Source: Gnetum montanum
Taxonomy: Eukaryota; Plantae; Gnetophyta
Direction of reading: 5' to 3'
NCBI GenBank assembly: GCA_015680685.1
Contig: MNCI01002962.1
Coordinates: forward strand, 1-64,000
Length of the DNA: 64,000 nucleotides
Every line of letters starts with the position of its first letter. Position 1 is the first letter of the stretch. This document shows, in pieces, positions 52,501-61,500 of the stretch. The notes under the pieces were generated by a model, which made no database searches, was not told where the DNA came from, and saw nothing but the letters and a program-made list of their open reading frames with translations. A program made the position numbers and the translations under genes.

Positions 52501-55500
52501 TCTGGATGCGTTCAACGCTATGCTACGTTGATATGAGGTATGCTGAGAGATCAATTGTGCTCAGACTATTTTAATTCTGAAGTCAAATCTAGCTTCGAAG
52601 CCTGCCCACTTTCAGCCGATTGGTGTGTGCAACACCCTTCTCTGCCTTTTTACAAAGATGCTAGTGATGCGGTTAAGTCCATTGATGACAAGGCTGGTGG
52701 GGCCCAATTAAGCAAGGTTTATTTAGGGAAGGCACATCCAAGATTAAATTCTTTTGGTGTAGGAGCTCTTACACTCGCTTAGATTGATGCGGTACCCGGG
52801 TTTGTGCCTTAAACTTGACATCTCTAAGGTGTATAATGTTGTGTCCTGGGAGGCACTAGAGGAGGTTATGCTAAGAAAAGGGTTCCACCCCGAATTTGTG
52901 GAGTTGTGCCTGTCCATTCAATGGTCCGAAGGATTTTCTCTCGACTTGGAAGGGAGGTTATGGGGGTTCTCCTCTTTGAGGAGAGGGTTGCAATAGGGGG
53001 ACCGGTTGTCTCCATATTTGTTTATTTTGGTCATGGATACCCTTCAGACATTTTGTGAGGTGGAGAGGGTTAGGGGGCTGGAGATTGTAGGAGTTAAGTG
53101 TCTTGTTGAACATTACGCGGATGATACCATCATGTTTTCCCATGCGGCCATGTTGCAGGCCATGACAATTAACATAGCACTTGCGCATATGGCCATGGAG
53201 GTTGGACTAGAGATCAATAAAGGGAAGTCTTCGATCGATCTAATGAACACTTCTACTAGGTTGAGGGGCTTGGTCATCCAACACTTGGGGGTGCTTCCTT
53301 GGGTCATTGGATGATGTGTACTTGGGGCTTCCACTATACAACTAGCATAAGAGACAAGTTTGGGATGGGTTAGTGCAAAGACTTCAGCAAACAACAACTC
53401 ATTGGACAACCTAGTTCCTAACTCAGGCAGGTAGGGCCCTTCTAGCTACTTTGATTTTGGTAGCCATGGCCCAATATGTGGCTTCAATGGCTAGTCCACC
53501 AATGGGGGTTGTGGAGTGGATTGATCAGATTGTGCATAACTTTACATGGTCTAGTGGAAAAGGGGGACAAAGACTACACTTGGTAAGGTGGGATGTCGTG
53601 GCTCGTCCAAAGAACGTGCCCAGGGGGAGGTGGGGGATGGGAATCCCCAAATTCCAGGATATTATTGACCTCAAGACTCATGCTCTTGCAAACAAGCTTA
53701 TTTGGTTGGGACCTCAACCTACGCAATGGTTACAGGTGATGGCTAGGAAGTGCCAGAGGTGGGAGGCTCATTCGCATGATTCACACGTGTGGAGGTCCAT
53801 CTATCAACATGTCAAGATGGTGATGCCATGGGGAATATTGGGGACTCCGCCAAAAGAGTCAATTAGACATAAATACCCCATGGTTCACAATTGGCGCGCG
53901 GGGGGGGGGGGGGGGGNNNNNNNNNNNNNNNNNNNNNNNNNNNNNNNNNNNNNNNNNNNNNNNNNNNNNNNNNNNNNNNNNNNNNNNNNNGGGGGGGGGG
54001 GGGGGGGGGGGGGGTGTCTATGGAAGGGTAAACTCCTAGAGAAAATTAAATTTTTCCTATGGCAAATACAACATTTTGCGCTTTCGGTAAAAGCGGAACT
54101 TAAGCGACGAGGGGTAAATAAGGAGGACATGTGTCCTATGTGCATGGCCACCATGGAAACATAGTACCACTTCCTTTTTAATTGTGTTTTTACCAAATGG
54201 GTGATATGAGCCGCAAATATTTGGCAAGATTTGAAAATTTCCAAGGATTCTCTAGCCAAGGCAGTTCTCTGGGCCCGATGGAAAGCATGTAATTGCTGGG
54301 TGTTTTGGGGTGTCACGCTGCCTCCACCACCGCAAATTGCGGCTCAAGGACTTAGATAGTGGGTGGAAGCGGAGGCAACCATGGGGGTGACACCGATAGT
54401 TGAACCAAATTGTGATACTTACTAGGCCAACCTGGAGCTCTAGGAGTCGGTGCAACGGGTTGGGTGGGTGGAACTTCTTCCAAAGGTGGACTTGGCTGAT
54501 GAAGCCTTTTTTGTGAATTGGATGGGAAATCTTACTCTATTTAGGGGGCTACGCATTACCTTGACTGTGGAGTCTATGGTGACATCTCTAGGGCTGCCCA
54601 TGGAGGGGGAGGTGATCCCTACACATGGACAGGGCTTCCAAGATGCTGCAAAATTTTCACTAGGCCCATTCCCAAGACTGGCAGTGGCCACGTTTTGCAC
54701 TTGGCCCTGGCAACAACATCTTACCAAGGAAACCCTAGAGCAGGAGCTGCAGGAAAGTTTGCGGACACAAATCCAAGAGGAGGTGCACCTATAGGAGCTC
54801 CAAGAAAAGGAAGAGCAAGAACGTCATGCGCGTGAGGAACAAGAGGCAACCATGATCCAACAATAGTTGGATCAAGTGCATGTGCAGCGGGCTAGGGATT
54901 GATTGAGGAAGGGTCAATGCCCCTACATGATTATGAACATTGGTCGCACTATCTCTTGGCATGAGCTTTGGCACCACATCAGGCTCAACAGGAAAGATTT
55001 GCATCCAAATGGTAAAGGCACAGAGGAGGAATGCAAGAGGAAAGCAGAGGCCTTCAAGAGCTTCCAAGAGGTGGCCCATTTTGTAGACTCCAAACGTCAT
55101 AGGAATACGTTGGACATGATCCATGAGGAGAGGGTGTTTTGTGAGTGCTCAGGACTTCCCACCTATTTATAAGGGTGTGGTGCTTTTGGTGGTGGGGCCA
55201 CCTTGGTGTGTTTTGACTTTGCATTTTGGTTGGGCATGCTCTGCCTTTTGTTTCCTGGTTGTCTATGATTGTCTTTTGTAGTTGTCTTATCAAGCCGGCT
55301 CACTATTGTTTGATGGGGTTGCCTTCACCTGTTTTTGTCTATAAGGGTGGTTGGCTGGCTTCAGGTGTCTCGGGCCTTCAAGTTGTTTCTGTTAATATAT
55401 TTCCTGAACTTTTTCGAAAAAAAAAACGTTTTAAGAAAACCTTAAGGTTATTACAGTTTTTAGTTCTTTACCAAATTTGTGGAAAGCAATTCATATAACA

Positions 55501-58500
55501 TTAATTACAACTCCATATTTTATTGTCAAATTTGAACATAGTTATCTCAAAGCTGTTAGACGCAACTAAATCTAGGTCTATTGAATCAATTGAAGATGCC
55601 CTAGCTATTCAATGACAAAGATCTTAGACCAAAGACAAAGGGCATGGCAAAAGCAAAAGCAGAGAAGTTTCCAAAAGCAAAGACATGGAGTGCTAGTTTT
55701 GTAAAAGGAAAGGCCACCTAAAAATGACTACTATGCCTCTAAAAGATCAAAGGAGCAAAAATAGAAAAAGGATATAGGAAAGAAGCATGAAGAATCAAAT
55801 AAGACAAACGGGCATGTTGAATTGATACTTGCCTAGTTAAATCAACGAAAATTTTGTCTAAAAATTCTAATAATTTCTAGATTTTGGATAGTAACCTTTC
55901 CTTTCCATATCTATCCAAATCACAGGCATTTTAGTTCATATAATGAATGTTCATGAAATATTGTTCATGTTGTAAATAACAGGGAGTTTCAGGTTCATGG
56001 TATTGTAACTATTGTAATGAAACAACAGGATGAGCAACATATTATTAGTAGAGGTGTCCAACATGTTCCAAAAATTACAAAAAAAAAAATTTGTCTTCTC
56101 AGCAACTTAATGAGGTTCATTGCAGTCTTTCTTTTTCTAATGGTATATGGAAGATCGGCAAAAAGGTGATAACTCTATTAAGTTGAACAAAAGAGGGTCC
56201 ATTGTACATTTTGCATGTTGCTATTGTCAAGAAACTTGGGGATGGTGTTGTTGCTACTAAAACAAAAATTATTAATTTTCTTAGGACATAATGCATAAAC
56301 AAGATTAAAGCTACTGCACTTTAAATTTCCTATTTCAAGTTCTAGTTCTTTTATCTTGGATTTTTGTAGGGATTGTGACGTTGGAAAATCTAGACAAGTT
56401 AATTTCCAAATAGATAAAAATCACAGCAGAAAGAACAAGCTAGATTTAATTTAGTCAGATGTGGTTGGTCCTATTACTCTTTTATCTTTTGGTAATTTGC
56501 AGTATTTTGTTACATTTATTGATGATTATAAGTATAAAATTTAGCCATATTAGGCATATCTAATTAAATCAAAAAAAAATATAATGCTTGGTATTTTTAA
56601 GTGATCTGTTACGTAAGTGAAAATGCAAACAGGACTGAGAGTAAAAAGGATTCTTTCAAAAAATAGAGGTGAATACATCTCACATGATTTCTCTAGTTTT
56701 TGTTCTGAAAAATGAATAATTCATGCGTACCACCATAGAAACACCACAACAAAATGGAATCTGAGAGAGGTGTAATAGAACAGTATTAGAACTTCAAAAA
56801 GATAAACCTTGTCTATCATCAAAACAAGAACCTAGTTTGAGCAAAGACTTTTATAAATTTCACAAGCATCTATGAGGTTCTCAATCATGAGTATAGAGAC
56901 TTCATTGCATTCCTCCATAACCACCAATATCCAAACTATTCTTCCTACACTTAAAACACTCAAGGTTCTATTTGTTTGCAAGTCCATTGTTTCATCTCAT
57001 CCTTTATTTCCTTGGTTGGCCATGTTAGCATTTGGTGCATGCAGAAGATTAATTCTTAAGTGGTGTTTCATTATGTCTGGACATTGCAGGGCAATCATGG
57101 CCCTACATTGTTGTTGAAGGTGCTCCCTAGAGGATTGAGTTCTCCCCCTATTTTGACGGCTGAAGGTCTAGGCCATTTTTGCACCACATTTTGCATATCT
57201 ATTATAGACTATTACTAGGTCATTTTGTCAAGTGAGTGGTCACTTTTTATTTTCTAGCAAATAACATGGGTCCTCAAAAACCATTTTACCTCAAGCCTCC
57301 TTTTTGTTATCGATGTTTTATAATTCTATGTGAATTCTAAGTTCTTAACCATTCTGCATACCCTCCCAACAACACGTGTGTGGGGCATATGCCACCATGT
57401 GTAGTTTGAAAACCTTCAAATTTGGTTCTTCTGTTGCTAATGGTATAGAATGTATCAGCTCCATGAGGAACTTCATTCTGTAGGTCTCTTCACAAAATAT
57501 ATTTTCTGCCATGCTGAACCTGAAAGTCTACTTATTCTAGCAGGTTGATCATTTCTAACCAATCTATCTCTCTTTAACGAGTGCTAATTGTTCCAAATGT
57601 ATGATCTTCCAATGTCAACATTCTTTCACCTTAGTAGGGAAGGCTTATATATACATACACATATACAAAAACAAAACATAAAAATATGAAGGTAGCTAAT
57701 ATGCAAATGAGGCAACTGAAAATTAGCTTTTCATGCTCACAGAGAAATCATCAAAACAAAAATAAATATACAAAAGCTAGCCATGTAAGGACCTATCATA
57801 ATTTTTTTTATGCTTGCATTTAAGCAAATGGAATCTTGCTTGAATTGAACTGATCGATATTCTAGGCAGGATTACTAGAAGATTTTCTATTGTCAATATT
57901 CATGTGAATCATTTATTTGTGTTCAAACAAACTAGGGCTTTAGGAATTAAGGAAAGGATATATGATAGCTCTTTTAAACTCATCCAGCTTCACTTTGCGC
58001 AATGAAATAACTCAAAGATCAACACTTCTTCACTAGTAAATGAGGCACAGGTCAATCAATTAGCATAGTATTTCTACCGCTTTCAATTTGGTCTACAAAG
58101 AGGGTTCACCTTCTTTAAATAATGCAGTTAATGGTTTATCAACCATTCAAGTCTGAACTCTTGTGTATGCTTGCAAAGTAAGGAATGACATATTAAGTGA
58201 AAATCAGTTACAAAGGTAAATGTTATCATGTATCCATCTGACCTCCGTATACTTCACGAATCAAATCCTGTTGTTTCTCCAAGGACTGTCATTCATAAAG
58301 AACAGCGAGATGGGAGTTAATGATTAATTTGATAGAAGGCATGTAATGGTTGTTTCTTTTCAAGAAAATATCATCAACAAATAAGAGCAGGTGACCACCC
58401 TAAAGTGGTGTGCAATCTCTAGAATAGTCAAATATAGATATACAATAGAAAATACTGCAGTGCTTGAACAAAACATTTTCAGTGATTCAATATTTAAACA

Positions 58501-61500
58501 ATTCACTAATCGAAAGCAGCAAACCAAATCCAAGGAATAGTGTTTCTAAAAATTATCATTTACTTGACTGAGTTAGAATTTTATCTGTAAAATGCAAAAC
58601 TTCACACAAGTTAAAGACGCATCAGCAATAAGGTTTTCCAAATAAAACAACAAATTAATCCTTAAAAAGCATTTTAGAATTTTTGATAATGTGAAATTTC
58701 AAGTGGTTTGATACATGGTATCAGACAATTATGTTACTGAGACAATGATTTGCAATTCTTGATGTGTTGGCAGTGCATATAGTCTTCAGTTTCATAAATT
58801 CTAGGGGTAGAATAGTTGCCTAGTAGAGTGGCAATATTATGTCAGCAAGTAATCCTCTAAATAAGTACAAGCATATTGTAACGTCCTGTCCCTTGTTAAG
58901 GGGGGAACTATATTGTAACAATGTAATTAACCTTCCAATGAAGGGGTGGCTTGTAATGAGGAGTTACGATTATTCATGTACCCCTTGGAAATGGGTTTGA
59001 CCTATGTCATTTAAGGTCGGGTTTAGAGATTGTGCTAGCACAGAGTTGCAGAGCCTTGATTGGCAAGTGACGAGAATTGGGTAAAGTGGGACAATAAGGG
59101 ACTAATCAACCCTTCGGTTGGATAGCCTAACCGTGGTGGCAATGCTGGATTGCCTCTAAGGCTTAAGTGGCATGGGAAAATAACCCAAAGGGGGTTACAA
59201 TTTATTACTCTCATTAATAAAAAGTTTTTCCTCTATTTTTCCTTCCTACTAAATTCAATTATTTACCAAGTTATTCACTTATCAAGTTATTTCATGGTAT
59301 TTCCATTATAACACTCACAAATGCGATGAATTAAGCAACGAATGATCATGTTTTAATGACATCTGGGAATGGGATGTCACATTTGGTATTAGAGCAAACC
59401 ACAATTTAAGAGCCAAAGTGGAAGAATATACTATTTTTTTTATTATTATTATAAAAAAGAAGTACATCAAAGTGGAATACATGTAGTGAAATAGGAAACA
59501 AAAAAGAAAAGAAGTGGAATAGAGAAGAAGTAGAATAGAGAAGAAGCAGAATAAAGGAACAAAAGGAAACAAGACTGCGATCAGTTATTTGCCTTGAAGG
59601 CATTGAGAAGATCTGAAATTGTCTTCAACTGGGCTTCTCGTTCTTCGTCAATAGCATCCTTGTTACTCAGCTTGCCTTACATCCTACCAAACCACCACAC
59701 AATTGTTTGATATACTTGGAGGCACTCTTCATTGCAGCCCTTGCCTCATCCTTCTTTTTAAGTTCGGCCTCCAACAAACTCACCTGAAGAGATCGATTGA
59801 TCATGTCATTCTTTCATTCTTTTTCTTTTCTCTACATGCACAAAAGATTAAAATTATGAATTATGAATGAAAAAGATCAAATGGAAGAAAGAAAAAGAAG
59901 AGCAAGAACTACTCACCCGAAGTCGATCATTCTCCACTTGAAGGACCTGCTCATGAGTCAACAAATAACGGGCCAAACATGTGGCACTCTCCAATTCTCC
60001 TAAGAGTTGTTACAGATAGATCTCCTCATGAATGGAGTAAGGTGTGTTCCTTGTGATCCATTGACCAAGATTCCAAAAAAGAACGAGTTTTTCTTCGATA
60101 GCCGCCACCATCTATCCTAATGAGGAGGAGGAACCTATGATGGTGACCAAAGGAGTTACCAAAACAAACGCCGACACTGCCTATGGTAAAGAACCCCTTA
60201 CCAGGGTCACATGAGTAGATGTATGTTGTATGTGACATGACATCTACTCATGTGACCCTGGTAAGGGGTTCTTTACCATAGGCTAGAAAAGGCAAAACAA
60301 AGGAAAAATTTTTTATTAATGAAAGTGATAAACTGTAACACCCTCTGGGTTATCTTCCTATGCCACTTAAGCCTTAGAGGGAATCCAACACTGCCACCAC
60401 AGTTAGGCTATCTAGCTAAAGGGGTGATCAGTCCCTTCTTATCCCACTTCACCCAACTCCCATCACTTGCCAATCTAAGCTCTATGACTCCATGCCAACA
60501 CAACCTCTAAACCTGGTCTTAAATGGCATAAGTCAAACTCATTCCCAAGGGATACATAAATAATCGTAACTCCTCATAATGAGGCACCCTTCATTGGAAG
60601 GTTAATTATATTGTTACAATATAGTTCCACCCTTAACAAGGGACGGGACATTACACATATCATGGGCATGTAACTTATGTCTGCAAGTTATAGTTCAACT
60701 CTAATGAGTATGGTAAGACACATGTCACCTCAGGGATAATAAAAACATACATTTCACAAACTATGATGTCCATATCAAGTAGATAGCCGGCAATAGTAAA
60801 TCATTGTCAAATCCTTCACTTACCTTAATGATCAACCTATCATACATGGCATAAAAGCACCAAGATAATGATATGCTATTTTGTATCTCAGAAAAGCTGA
60901 TGTAATATAGAATGGTAATTGACTGGTCACCAAGATGAAAACTTTATTTCATGAGTTCACTTTTTACCGTGAAAATGATATTTATTTGCAAGGTTACATG
61001 TCAAGGGTGTAGAGATTCTATTTAGAATATCTGCGTTTATAATTTTGTTCAATCAAAGAAATTTTCGATGATACTTTTCCCCTGAACAAAACAAGGAAAA
61101 ACGGAAATAGTACTTCAGGTCAATCCGTTCATAAAACATTTTCAGTTTCATATTGTAAGCCTCTGAGCTATATTTGGTATGGTTCGGCACTGGTCTGAAG
61201 GTCTGTTAGGACCCAAGTCTTTGTCTTTGCGCCTGGCCTGCAGTTAGCCGTTGAATGATCGCTTGTGAATATTTTTGATAATACAAAGCTTTTTGGGTTT
61301 CTGTTAAAAAAATCAAGTCAGAAGACAACAGTGATTTGATATTGACAAACATGAATAAGATAAAAGAATGATTTACAAATTTCTTCGCTCCAGGAAATCT
61401 AACTCCAAAAATGATATCGATTATTACATATATCAGTGAGCAGTCCAAAAGCAAAGATGAACTCAAAGATCATAAATCCAGCAAAAGTGTTAACTGATTG

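Noticed and set aside
53899-54014. Long poly-G tract (G-quadruplex candidate)
   Set aside because: Flanks an N gap, so true length is unknown; likely expansion of a short G run or an assembly artefact
56800-57640. Possible degraded coding sequence
   Set aside because: No recognisable motif in any frame examined
58877-59199. Two independent ~320-bp solo LTRs (inner TTACA/TGTAA ends)
   Set aside because: Inverted similarity continues about 50 bp past the inner motifs and only the outer ends share a TSD
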